NCBI GenBank assembly: GCA_963733035.1
Contig: CAVTBU010000003.1
Span: 1-64,000 of the forward strand
Origin: Pirellulales bacterium
GTDB lineage: Bacteria; Planctomycetota; Planctomycetia; Pirellulales; PALSA-1355
Reading direction: 5' to 3'
Length of the DNA: 64,000 nt
Each line of letters begins with the position of its first letter. Positions within the stretch are counted from its first letter, which is position 1. Positions 1-10,943 of the stretch are shown here, piece by piece. The translations under genes and the position numbers were made by a program. The notes under the pieces were generated by a model. It did no database searches. It saw only the letters and a list, made by a program, of their open reading frames with translations, and was not told where the DNA came from.

Positions 1-356
1 GCGGGAATCGAACCCGCGTCCCGCGACATTTCCACGGGGGCTTCTACGTGCGTAGTCAGATCATTTACGCGTCTCGCCCACCGACCCCTAACCGACGAGG
101 TGCCTGGCAGGCCAGCCGGGAACAGTTTTTAGCCGCGAGCGTGCCCAGCAGTGACCCGCGGCGATTCGGATTTGGTGACGAGTTTTTGGGCCTCTCCGAC
201 TAAAGCCCGCAACTCGGGTTACCTATCTCTAGGCAGCCAAAGCAAAGTTATCTTCGGCAATTGAAGATATTTGGTCAGCTTTTTAACGTGGCCCACTGAC
301 CAACCACGGCACGCCACCCACGCTTCAGACTATCCGGTCGAACCCAGTTCGCCCCC
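1..356 (-). ncRNA. ssrA: tmRNA (3' end cut by the window edge)
   Basis: Minus strand starts GGGGGCGAACTGGGTTCGAC at 356. Tag ORF GCC GAA GAT AAC TTT GCT TTG GCT GCC TAG (AEDNFALAA*) at 258-229. T-arm GACGCGGGTTCGATTCCCGC at the window start. Confidence 0.96.
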
Positions 357-390
357 GAGAATAAAGCTGAAAGCATCCGGCAGACAACCA

Positions 391-399
391 ATTATAGCA
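391..399 (-). promoter_or_regulatory. Extended -10 promoter for ssrA
   Basis: TGCTATAAT on the minus strand about 35 nt upstream of the mature tmRNA 5' end. Confidence 0.55.
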
Positions 400-456
400 G
401 ATCGGCCACCGGAGCAAGGCAGCTTGAATTGGGCCACCGGTCGAACGGGTCGATTT

Positions 457-1308
457 TTAGCCGGCTGCCAGACTGCCGGCAGACAGCCAGTACAGAATTA
501 GCACACCAAGGACAATCCTGTACACAACAAATAGATACGTCGTGTGCGTCTTGAGATAATACAACAGAAACGCAATCGAAGCGTAGCCCGAGACCAAGGC
601 CGCGAGCGTGGCCACCGTGATCGCGGCGACATCCTGTTGGCTGCCGAGCAAGGCCTGGCGTTCGGAATAAAGTTGGTACACCCCGGCTGCCAAGACGCTG
701 GGAAGCGATAGCAGAAACGAGAAACGCGCGGCCGTGTCGCGCGACAAGCCGGCGAAAAGGCCCGCCGTGATCGTTACCCCGGAACGCGACGAACCGGGGA
801 CCAACGCCATTGCCTGGGCCAGTCCAATCGCGATTGCGTCGGGCCAGGTGATCTCGGCCAGCGACTTCTGCGGCTTGCGGGCTCGTCGGCGAGCCTTCAT
901 GTAGATCTCCGCGATGGCCAAGACGATCGCCAGTCCGATCAAGGCTGCGGAAACAATGTATAAGGACCGAAGCGTCGTTTCGATGGCGTCCTTGAACAGC
1001 AAACCACAGACGACGATCGGCATGGTGCCGACAATCATCATCCAGCCCATGCGGGCGTCGATGTCCTGGAATGGCTTCCGCCTGCGCAAGCCATGGAACC
1101 AGGCGTGTCCAATGCGAAGGATGTCTCGTCGGAAGTAGGCCAAGACGGCCACCAGCGTGCCAATTTGAATCACTGCCGTAAACGCGGCGCCAGGATCTTC
1201 CCAACCAAGCAATGCCGGTACGATGCGCAGGTGCGCAGAGCTACTGATCGGTAGGAATTCGGTCAGTCCCTGTACGATGCCCAGAACGAGCGCCTCGAAC
1301 AAGCTCAA
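457..1308 (-). CDS. uppP: Undecaprenyl-diphosphate phosphatase
   Basis: GIVQGLTEFLPISSSAH and PGSSRSG motifs; TTG start after GGAG. Confidence 0.95.
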   Translation of the reverse strand: MSLFEALVLGIVQGLTEFLPISSSAHLRIVPALLGWEDPGAAFTAVIQIGTLVAVLAYFRRDILRIGHAWFHGLRRRKPFQDIDARMGWMMIVGTMPIVVCGLLFKDAIETTLRSLYIVSAALIGLAIVLAIAEIYMKARRRARKPQKSLAEITWPDAIAIGLAQAMALVPGSSRSGVTITAGLFAGLSRDTAARFSFLLSLPSVLAAGVYQLYSERQALLGSQQDVAAITVATLAALVSGYASIAFLLYYLKTHTTYLFVVYRIVLGVLILYWLSAGSLAAG

Positions 1309-1583
1309 TGCTCTGACTCCGGAAGGCCTGCCAAGCGGTGTCCGGCCACCGAGCCGGCTGTCGTAATATAGCTTGCCGGCCGCACACGTCAGAGGCAGCA
1401 CAAGAAACTAACCTGGTTCGTAGGCAATCGGGTCGATGCGAGTCCGCGAGGCAAGGAACCACCAGCCCTTCATCAGACAGCTCGAATCTGGCATAATGGT
1501 GGCTTCGGCAATCACTAATTCTCGGCGGCATGCTCTGTGGGCAGCGGCGGGGTCAGCCTACTTTTGGGTTTCGAAGGAGTTCG

Positions 1584-2475
1584 ATGTTCAAGAATTTGTG
1601 TCCGGAAGCGTTAGGGGTGTCGGGGCGCGACAGCGAAATCATCGAGTTGGCATTGTCGTATGGGTTCAAGGGATTGGACCTCGATTTGGCTGAGTTTGCC
1701 GAGCAAGTCAAATCGCAGGGATATGCAAAAGCCTCGCGGTTGCTCGTTAGTGCTCGTCTCAAGTTCGGCAGCTTCCGCCTGCCGGTACGGTGGCATGAGG
1801 ATTCGCCGAAGTATCAATCCGACCTGAACGTGTTGCCGGCGCTCTTGGAATTGGCCGTACAGCTTGGTTGCACGCGGGCGATCACGACGATCGAGCCGGG
1901 GAGCGACAGCCGACCGTTTCACGAGAATTTTGAGTTTCATCGCCGCCGGTTGACGGAGTTGGGTGATTTGCTGGCCGAACGAAAGATAAGTCTGGGCGTT
2001 GGGTTCTTGGCCCCTCTCGAATGCCGCGCGAACCATGCATTCCAGTTCATGCAGCGCGTTGACGAGGTGATGATGTTGCTGGGTTCGATCGGTTCGACGA
2101 ACGTCGGCCTGGCCCTCGATACTTGTCACTGGTATCTGGGGGGCGGCACGATCGAGCAGTGGCAATCGCTTGGCGTCGAGAAAATCATCACCGTCTCGAT
2201 CGGCGACATCGAGCCGTCGGTTGATGCGGCCGAGGCCAAACTTGCCGACCGGCGGCTGACTTACGACGGCGGCGCGGTCGACAACGCTTCAGTGCTCACG
2301 GCATTGGCCGACATGCGCGTATGACGGACCCGTTACGCCGGCAGCCGATCCAAGCCAATTCGAAGGCCAGCGGCGCGAGCAAATCGTCAAAGCGGCCGCA
2401 GCCGCATTCGACGACGTGTGGAAGGCCGCGGGATTGAATCCTGCCGGTAAGCGGGCCACGGTCAGCGGCCGTTAG
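1584..2475 (+). CDS. Sugar phosphate isomerase/epimerase (xylose-isomerase-like TIM barrel); apparent frameshift ~2318
   Basis: AAGGAG RBS; NVGLALDTCHW; shifted frame continues YDGPVTP...GR* to 2475. Confidence 0.75.
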
Positions 2476-2580
2476 CCAGGCGCAAAGTGAAGTTTCCCTC
2501 GACCCGCTGCCTCGCTGGTATATTGACCTCTGGCGAAAGACACAGGTTTCACTCTAAACCGTCGGGCGCTGCGGAGGGGC

Positions 2581-3563
2581 ATGTTTCACTTTGACCGCGG
2601 ACTCAAATTGACGAAGGCCGACCTGGCCATCGACTTTCGTCGGCGGCAGCCGCGGGCGTTCGTCTCGCACGCCCATGCCGACCACATGGCCCGGCACGAA
2701 TACGCCCTGTGCACGCCCGCCACCTCCGCGTTGTATCAGGCGCGCTACGGGCCGCGGCCAACGCGCGATTTGCCCTATGGCGAACCGCTCGAATGGGGTG
2801 GCCTGCGGCTGACGACTTTTCCGGCGGGGCATTGCCTTGGCTCGGCCATGCTCTTGGCCGAAGACGGCGATCAGTCGCTGCTTTACACGGGCGACTTCAA
2901 GCTCGGCGAATCGGCCACGGCCGAGCGCGCCCAACTGCCGCGGGCCGACATCCTGGTCATCGAAAGCACCTACGGCAATCCGCTCTATCGTCATCCGCCG
3001 CGCGAGCAGGTGCTCGAACAGCTATTTACTCTGGTGCGCGCTGCGCTTGACGGCGGCGCTACGCCGGTCGTCGAGGCCTACGTGTTGGGTAAAGGCCAGG
3101 AGATAACGCGCCTGCTCACTCAGGCTGGATTTCCCGTACTGCAGCACCCGCGGATTTATGCGATCAGCCAGATTTATCGCGCGTGCGGTGTCGACTTGGG
3201 AGATTGCCATCTGTATCCAGGGCACTGGCTCGCCGGGCACGTAGTGATCGTGCCGCCGAGGATGCATCGTCACGGTCGATTGCCGGGGCTGAAGAACACG
3301 GTCACCTTTGCGGTGACCGGTTGGGCCACGCACCAGCGGACGCGTGGGCGATTGGGCGTCGATCATGCCGTGCCGCTGTCGGACCACGCCGATTACGACG
3401 AACTGTTCGAAGCCGTGGAGCGGGTGTCGCCAAAAGTGATCTACTGCACGCACGGCCCGGCCAGCTTCGTTGAGTGCCTCCGCGCGGCCGGACACAATGC
3501 GTATCCGCTGGAGCGGCCTGCCTCCCACAAGTCTCGGCGCCCGTGCAGGGGCGGTTGTTCTGA
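2581..3563 (+). CDS. MBL-fold/beta-CASP metallo-hydrolase (exonuclease-like); probable frameshift ~3540
   Basis: SHAHADH, AGHCLGS, YTGD, IESTYG, LSDHAD and THG motifs. The annotated frame runs to 3711; an alternative frame ends VQGRLF* at 3563. Confidence 0.8.
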
Positions 3564-3707
3564 ATCGGCTTTGCGCCGTCCGACGCCTACGGCGGAATTT
3601 TCAGGACGGCACTGTGCTTTCTTGTGGCTGGATGACAAAAAATTACTTGACGGCATTCCCGCCCGTTTTGTGATACTGCCGGGGTCCACCACCCCTCTCT
3701 CGGAACA

Positions 3708-3827
3708 ATGAGTCCGCTGCTGACGACCCAGGCCCTGTCCGTCGTTCCCGAGCCATCGAGCCTGCTCTTGGCAAGCTTGGCGGCAGTTGGACTCTGCGTG
3801 AGACGCCGCCGCCGGACGAAGAGGTGA
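3708..3827 (+). CDS. 39-aa stand-alone PEP-CTERM sorting-signal peptide or gene remnant
   Basis: MSPLLTTQALSVVPEPSSLLLASLAAVGLCVRRRRRTKR*: VPEP, hydrophobic stretch, Arg cluster. Confidence 0.65.
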   Translation: MSPLLTTQALSVVPEPSSLLLASLAAVGLCVRRRRRTKR

Positions 3828-3863
3828 TGAATAAAGTCGAATCGCAAACCGCGACCTGTGCAG

Positions 3864-3900
3864 AAAAGGAGCGGGAATCGCACAAGACGATTCCCGCTCC
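3864..3900 (-). terminator. Rho-independent terminator
   Basis: 13-bp stem GGAGCGGGAATCG/CGATTCCCGCTCC with a T4 tail on the minus strand, downstream of 3939-4487. Confidence 0.8.
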
Positions 3901-3938
3901 CAACTGTGCCAGACGGGGTTAACGAGGGGCGAACGACG

Positions 3939-4487
3939 TTACGCCGTCTGGTCCATCTGCTTTTGCAGGGCGTCAAAGGCCTGTTTGACCTGGTCGCGGT
4001 GGTCATCCCACTTGAGCACGTTGGCCGACTTGACATCGTTGAGCGCGCTTTTGGCCTTGTCGTGCGCTGCCTGCAACTGGTCGATTTGCTTTTGCGTCGC
4101 GTCCTTCGCGTCGCCCTTCTGATTGGCGGCTTTCTCCTGAAGTACCTTGATTCGGTCAGCCGCCATTTGTAGTTTTTCCTGGTGGTCGGCCACGAATACG
4201 TCGCGCGCCTGCGTGGCGTTGTACTTTGCTTCAGTTTGCTTCAGATCCTGTTTGGCCTGGGCTGTCTGTTGCTTCTCTTCCTGAACGGCCTGGGTGCCTT
4301 CACGCTTGGCCTGGGCAATGCTTTCGGCCGATTCGTGTTGGACTTGTGCCGTTTGATGCTGTTCTTCGGCCACATCCTTCCGGGCCGCCTGCACATCCTT
4401 ATAGCTGGTACCTCGCGAGCATCCGGCAGCCGCCAAGGCACAACTCGATAGCACGAAGCTCAGTGGAACTTTCTGAAAGACGTTCAT
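3939..4487 (-). CDS. Coiled-coil lipoprotein, hypothetical
   Basis: Signal peptide with lipobox-like AAGC; Q/K/A/E-rich helical body; GAGGAG RBS. Confidence 0.8.
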   Translation of the reverse strand: MNVFQKVPLSFVLSSCALAAAGCSRGTSYKDVQAARKDVAEEQHQTAQVQHESAESIAQAKREGTQAVQEEKQQTAQAKQDLKQTEAKYNATQARDVFVADHQEKLQMAADRIKVLQEKAANQKGDAKDATQKQIDQLQAAHDKAKSALNDVKSANVLKWDDHRDQVKQAFDALQKQMDQTA

Positions 4488-4608
4488 TGCACTCTCCTCT
4501 TTCTAAATTGTTCAGTTGTGATCGGAGCATTGCCCCAAAACTTTTTCGACGGCGACGACTAGTCTTCGCGCCTCGGCCGATTGCGAAGTTTCTTGGGTTC
4601 GTGTTAGA

Positions 4609-4625
4609 GGCAACCTGCGTGCCAA
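4609..4625 (-). promoter_or_regulatory. Sigma-54 (-24/-12) promoter for the lipoprotein gene
   Basis: TTGGCACGCAGGTTGCC matches TGGCACG-N4-TTGC. Confidence 0.75.
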
Positions 4626-4859
4626 TCTCCCGCATGGTGGCGAATGCGGAGGTTTTCGCGTTGTATCGCGACGAGTCGCCTCAATTCGTTTGGAATGGCT
4701 GGCTGTCCGCGAGGCGAATTGGCGGCGAAGCGGTCAGCGAAGCGCCAATCGAAAACAGCGACGAGAATCGAATCGGCGCGGAAGTTTCGACTACGGGCAC
4801 GGTACTTGCAGCCCACGGCGACTGAACGCTCGACGGCTGCTCGCGATGCCGGCATCGCG

Positions 4860-6636
4860 TCATTTCGAAGTCAGTGCGATGACGCCCGTCCAGTCGGCCG
4901 GCGGAGTACGATCATGCTGGGCGATCAGGACGGTGAGAAAGTCTTTCACGCGGTCCGTTGCAGGGACGCGATGCAGACGTTCGAAGGCAGCGGACCAGCG
5001 TCCGGCAACAAAATCGTCGAGCGCTACCTCGTAGTCTGCGATTTGCTGGTCGCTGAGTGCCGCCGCCTTGTCGAGCGGCGGCAAGAGTTCGGCGACTTCG
5101 AGTGATTGTTCCATTCCGTAGGGCCGAACGACCGCCACGCGGCGCAGTCGGCCCTCGTCGCGCGGAAGATCGGCACGCAGGACCGCCGCGGTCCGCTCGT
5201 CGAGCAAAATCGGCGCATGGAACGTTTTGGTCATTCCTTCCAAACGCGATGCCAGATTCACCACCGGACCGAACACGGTAACTTTTACCTGGTCGACCGT
5301 GCCAATCTTGCCGGCGACCGCGCTTCCCGTGGCGATGCCGATGCCGACTTGAAAATCGGCAAGCGGATCGTCGGCGTCCTGTGCTTCGGCAAACTGGGCG
5401 CGAATGGCCAACGCCGCCCGGGCTGTGCGTACGATCGCGTCTGGCTGGGCCAGCGGCCAACCCCAAAAACCCATGGCCGCATCTCCGTGAAAATCGCCAA
5501 GTACGCCGCCCTGATTTTGAATATGGTGTGTCGCCACTCCGAGCGCCTGGCTGACGCGGTGCAATAAGCCCAGCAGATTGGAAGCCGCCTGCTCGCTGGC
5601 GCGAAAAGCCGCGCAAATCGCAAAACAACACGGTGACTTCGGTTTCGCGCGGCGCGAGGACCTCGTCCGGATCGACTCCTTGCATGGCTTCGAGCACTGG
5701 CGGCGCAAAGAATTGAGCCAGGCCGGCGCGCTGACGCTCTAGAAATCGCACGTCACAAAGCGCGCCGAGCGTGGTGGCGGTCAACTCGGTGAATTTCAAA
5801 TCGTCGCGCAAATCGCGCGGATCGGATACCGGCACAACCGAGGATTGCGGTCCGCTAAAGCGTCCGGCCACGTAGAGTGCCCAGCCGCGACACGCTTTGC
5901 CCGCCACCGGCGTGCAAAAGGCCCAGTCAACGCCCTGATTGACGGTGAATTCGCTGGTTGGACCTCCCAGCGCCGTGTTCCAGACATGCAGTACGCTTTC
6001 ACCGCGGCCAATCGCACCGAGAATCAATCGCTCGCTGGGCTGAAAGTCGCCGGCCGACAAATGCCGACGATCCCAATGCACGACGTCCACCTGCGCTTCA
6101 CCAATCGAGGACTCGCGCCGGGCGACAAGGGCGGCCGCGCTCGCGCGGGGCAATCCACTGAGCAGCAAGTTCACCAGGCGAACCGACAATTCGGCATCGC
6201 TGTCGGCCCCCGAGATCAACTCCGGCAAGCGGCTCAACACATCGATGTGGGGTCCAACATGCCGAAAAGGCAGATTCTGAAGATACTCGGTGCTGAAGGT
6301 CTGTTCTTGGATCGGGGCGGGTACGTCCAGCGATACCTGCACTCGATCGCTCGTTAGCGTGAACGTCGTATCACCGATCACGAAGTGCTCGCCCGGCGAA
6401 AGCTCAAAGCGGTCGACGGGCCGGCCTCGGTAAAAGATGGGATTGCGGGCGTCTGGCAGGCGTTGTACGAGCAGGCGGCCGCCGGTCCAGGAGAGTTCCG
6501 CGTGGCGGCGTGAAATTCGATCGTCCCAGGGGGTTGGCCAATTGGCCGTTCGGCCGAGCACAATGATTCGCTCCGGCAAGACGGCTCGCCGCCAGCGATT
6601 TCGCGAGTCAGAACCTTGTGCGATGAGGTCGGCCAC
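4860..6636 (-). CDS. FHA - GAF-like - class III nucleotide cyclase; apparent frameshift ~5600
   Basis: FHA (LGR...ISRRHA...NPIF); VLFCDLRGFS; GDFHGDA; GPVVNLASRLEG. Confidence 0.9.
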
Positions 6637-6675
6637 GGTCGCAGTTCTCGCGTGGTAAAGCAATCGAAAAACCGG

Positions 6676-8825
6676 CTAATGTACGGCGATGGGTCGCTCG
6701 GAGCCTGCCGCGGGTCGCCTCCGACCCAGCGATCGAACGACCAGGGCCCAGAGTATTCCCGTGGCCAAGGCAATCGACACGCCCGCCACCAGGCTTGTGG
6801 AAAACAAACGGTCTTCGAGCCGTTGCAGCGTGCCGCCGATGGCGCCTTCGTAGGACTCTTGCACGATGACGACAAACCCGGTTTGGCCGTCGTGCAACGC
6901 GACCGGGGCTGCCTCGGCCAACCAATGCACGTCGTATGCCTTTCCCTCGGGATCGCGCGAGAGCGGATCGACATAGTTCTCGCGCAGGCGAGCAGCCGAA
7001 AGATCGGGCAGTTCGTCCTCGCGCAGACGATAGGACTGGAATCGCCTCGGCACTTCCCGGTTGCCTCCGCGCAATTTTTCGAATAGCGGGTGTTGGAGCA
7101 CGAGCCCCTTGTTCGGCCCGTCGCGCCAATCGACCAGGACTGCGAACTGCTCCGGCCGCGCTTCGGGAATATCGAGGAATCGATCGACATTGGCCGAAGC
7201 GGCCAGGATGCCGAGAAAACGTTTGACCGGTTTTCCCGCCTGACTCATCTGTTCGTCGTCGATGTACACCGGACTGGAAATCGTCACCGTCCAGCGGTCT
7301 GTCACCTGGCTGTAATAGACGGCCGAGAGATTTGTCTTCGTGATGTGGTCGTTCGGGCCGCTACGCCAATCAACCGGCTGGTCCTCGGCGCCCCCTTGAA
7401 AATAGGACCGCCAACTATAGTTGTCGCCCACTGTCTTTTCTTCCGGAGCCCGCGCCAGTTGAATGCCGCTCGGACCGTTGGCAAACCAGCTTTCCACGCG
7501 AACTAGTTCCGGATCGGCGAGCAGTTCTTCGAGCCGCTTTTGCAACGCCTGGCGGCCTGGGCAGGCGCGGAACTCGCGCGCGCGGCTTCGCGCTCGCTGC
7601 CAGTCAGGTTGGGGTCATTCATCCGCTCGCTTAGCTTGGCGACCTGCGGATCGGCGAGCGTGGCGGCGAGCAGGGTTTGAAATCGATAGTTCGCGGCGAC
7701 TTCCTCGACCATCGTGGCATAGCGCTCGAATTTGTTGCTGACGCTGGCGGCGACATACTTGGCCGCAAAACTGTTGCTCTTAAGCGCGCGCAACCGCAGG
7801 GCAGCGTCCGATTCGTCCATCACCGTGGAAAACCAGCTCCAGGCGAAAATCAGCATGACCGCCAACAACAGCGCCGGTCCGATGAATCCCATCAAGACCA
7901 GCGGTCGGCGAGCGCGTCGCTTGGCCCGCTCGGCCAACGCGTCGAGGACTTCCTGAACGTTGGCGAAGCGTTGCTCACGATCCGGTGCCAGACAGCCGTC
8001 GATGATGTCGGCCAAGGCACGGTCGACGCCTGCGATGTGACGATGTGCTGTTGGGGGCGGCGTATCGGCGATCAAGCGGCGATAGCGAGCCAGCCGTTCC
8101 TCCAGGTCGGGCGACGCAAACTCTTCGGTCGTCGTTTGGTCGCGATATGGGGGCGCCCCGGTGAGCATACAGTAAAGCAACGCACCCAAGGCATACACGT
8201 CCCACCGCACGTCGGGTACGGCCCGCAAGTCGGCCTGTTCGGGGGCCATGTAGAAGAGCGTGCCGAGCGCCGGGGTTTGCTCGTGCGAAAGACGCGATTG
8301 GCCAAAGTCGGCCAGCCGCGGACGGCCGTCCTGGTCGATCAGGATGTTGGCTGGCTTGAGGTCGCAGTGAAGTACCCCCTTGCCATGCGCATGCAGCAAA
8401 CCGACGGCTACCTCGTGAAACAGCGCCAGGGCGTCTCGCGGCGGCAGCTTTTCTTGCCGAGTCAACAAGTCCTCCAGCGACCCTTGCTCGACGTATTCCA
8501 TGACATAGTACGGCGGCTGAGCGTCCCATCCGACGTCGAGCAACTGAACCACATAGCGATCGGCCGACAGGAATGCCAGCTTCTCGACTTCGCGCGACAG
8601 GATCGACCAGTCGAGACCGCCTTGGTGGGCGTAGAACTTGATCGCCACCAGTCGCCCCGTGTTGCGGTCGAGCGCGACCCAGACTTCGCCGTAGGCACCA
8701 CTTCCCAGAAACCTTCGCGGCTCGTAGCCGGGCAATTCGAGCGGGGGTCGGGCCGGCTCGAGACTGAGGGCCTGGGCACGCCGCAGCTCGTCGCTCGATT
8801 GATGCTGTGTGTGGTGAGATTCCAT
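6676..8825 (-). CDS. Ser/Thr protein kinase with TM - Cache-like extracytoplasmic domain - TM; apparent frameshift ~7560
   Basis: LGSGAYGEV, VAIK, HCDLKPAN, DFG, YMAPE, DVYALG; Cache-like NYSWRSYF and SAVYYSQVTDRWTVTISSP; two hydrophobic segments. Confidence 0.9.
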
Positions 8826-8939
8826 CGGCGGCTTGCCAGAAATGTCGAATTCGGCCGCCGCGGCGGCGCCCTAAAGTTATAGTATTACCCTGCTGGGCTC
8901 TTGGAAATTGTACTTTCGCGCTGAGGGGGACTTGTTTTG

Positions 8940-10166
8940 ATGGCCAAGCTGGGAAAGATGGCGCTGATATTGGCGGGATATCTGGCCACCTGTTGCGAAA
9001 TCGCGTTGGCCCAGGCCCCAGCCGCGCCCGCCGGCGGTCGAAGCTCTGATCAGACCCAATCGTCGGAACTGTCGCTGGATGCGTTTCGACCGAAGCCGAT
9101 GCTCAACGTTGAGCGGCATCTGCTCACCCGCGCCAAGTTTCCGGTTGTCGACGTCCACGTGCATCCGCGGATTCGACTGCGGCACTCGCCGAACTTGCTC
9201 GCAGGGTTTGTGAAGCTGATGGACGCGCAGAATATTGCCGTTTGCGTCAGCCTCGACGGCGGCCTGGGCGAGGCGCTGAAGGAGCACCGCAAGTACCTCT
9301 GGACCGACTATCGCGATCGCTTCGTCATTTTCGCCAACATCGATTGGCAAGGTACCGGCAAGCGCGACGAACCGGCTACGTGGGACTGCCAGCGCCCCGA
9401 CTTCCCGCGCCGCATGGCCGATGCACTGGCCGATGCAAAGCAGCAGGGGGCCAGCGGCCTCAAGGTTTTCAAGATGCTGGGACTCAGCTACCAAAACCCC
9501 GATGGCTCGCTCATTCGCGTCGACGACCCGCGCTGGGATCCGATTTGGCAGGCTTGCGGCGAGCTGGGTTTTCCGGTGCTGATTCACACGGCCGATCCCA
9601 AGGCCTTCTTCCTGCCGATCGACGAAACCAACGAGCGGTGGGAGGAGCTCAAGCGGCATCCGGACTGGAGCTTCCATGGACCGCGATTCCCTAGCTACGA
9701 GGAGCTGCTCGAACAGTTCATTGCCGTCGTCAAACGTCATCCAAAAACCACGTTCATTGGCGCGCACGTGGCATCGAGCTCCGAAGACCTGGGCCAGGTG
9801 GGCGAGTGGCTCGATGCGTATCCGAATCTCTATGTCGATATCGCCGCGCGGATTGCCGAGCTTGGCCGCCAGCCGTATACGGCCCGCAAGTTCTTCGAGC
9901 GCTACGCCGACCGCATTCTGTTCGCCACCGACGGCCCGCGCGTGGCCGAGCGGCTCAACTACCACTGGCGGTTCATGGAGACACAGGACGAGTACTTTCC
10001 CTACGCCGAGAACGAATTTCCTCCGCAAGGCTTTTGGCGGATTTATGGCCTGGGTTTGCCGGACGACGTGCTTCGCAAGGTCTACTACCAAAACGCCGAA
10101 CGCCTGATTCCCGGCGTGCGCGAGCGGTATCAGAAGTTCGTCAAGCGCGAGGCGGCTTCGCGCTAG
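8940..10166 (+). CDS. Exported amidohydrolase family protein
   Basis: Signal peptide; DVHVH, IHTAD, GAH, ILFATD. Confidence 0.88.
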   Translation: MAKLGKMALILAGYLATCCEIALAQAPAAPAGGRSSDQTQSSELSLDAFRPKPMLNVERHLLTRAKFPVVDVHVHPRIRLRHSPNLLAGFVKLMDAQNIAVCVSLDGGLGEALKEHRKYLWTDYRDRFVIFANIDWQGTGKRDEPATWDCQRPDFPRRMADALADAKQQGASGLKVFKMLGLSYQNPDGSLIRVDDPRWDPIWQACGELGFPVLIHTADPKAFFLPIDETNERWEELKRHPDWSFHGPRFPSYEELLEQFIAVVKRHPKTTFIGAHVASSSEDLGQVGEWLDAYPNLYVDIAARIAELGRQPYTARKFFERYADRILFATDGPRVAERLNYHWRFMETQDEYFPYAENEFPPQGFWRIYGLGLPDDVLRKVYYQNAERLIPGVRERYQKFVKREAASR

Positions 10167-10867
10167 CGGCGGTTTGGCGGATCGAGGGGCCGCGCAATTG
10201 TTCGGTGCCTGGCCGGCCGCCGGCGCATGCGGCCTTTGAACTTGAAATGGTGCGAATGGCCCGGTTCGGAATTCGCAAAGTTTTCGAGTGGCCTTTTTTC
10301 GGGCTGAAAGTTGCGAGCACTTTTCTTTTCGCCTTTTGTAACCTGAAAAATGACACCTGTCGTATCCCGCAGCTTTCGTATTTTGCCCGGTATGAAACAT
10401 GACGGTCCTCCGCGCGGCCCGTGTCCAGAATTTGCCGACCGTAGGCTAGCCCAGGTGCTGGCCCGATTGATAGAGGCAAAGTCGTGAAGGGGCTTACCTG
10501 AGGCGACACGGCGGGAAAAATGTGGGAGAAGACGCGACGCGGAGCCGCCGCAAGTCGCAGCCATTCAGAGAGCCAAGTCACCATCCGCGTAGGGAATGGG
10601 TTAGAATGCAAGTCGGTGCCAGTCCTGAAGATGCCTGGCGGGCGTGCGGTTGTGCTTGTGCTACAGCGGCCGATCACCTTGCCCAACGGAGCCAGACCGG
10701 CATAGTGATTCGTAAGTGACCCGACAAACAGAAAACGGCTCGCGTCGTCGCGTCGCGTTTAGTTACTCGTAGAATATGTCGTCTCAGCTTGTACTAATCG
10801 TATGGCTTTTAAAGCTCTCACTTTAGGGACGTTTGTATTTACACGGGCAACCGCCAGACGGAGGGCA

Positions 10868-10943
10868 CGGAAAAGGGGACATCACTGATTGGTGACCAAC
10901 CCGAGGAGCCGAGGAGCGAATATCAGTGATGTCCCCTTTTCCG
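10868..10943. repeat. 22-bp perfect inverted repeat (REP/REPIN-like)
   Basis: CGGAAAAGGGGACATCACTGAT (10868-10889) and its reverse complement (10922-10943). Confidence 0.85.

Noticed and set aside
1..40. tRNA-like T-arm at the window start
   Set aside because: It is the tRNA-like domain of tmRNA, not a separate tRNA.
10392..10705. Short ORFs of 31 aa and 61 aa in the intergenic region
   Set aside because: No motif or convincing RBS; cannot be supported.
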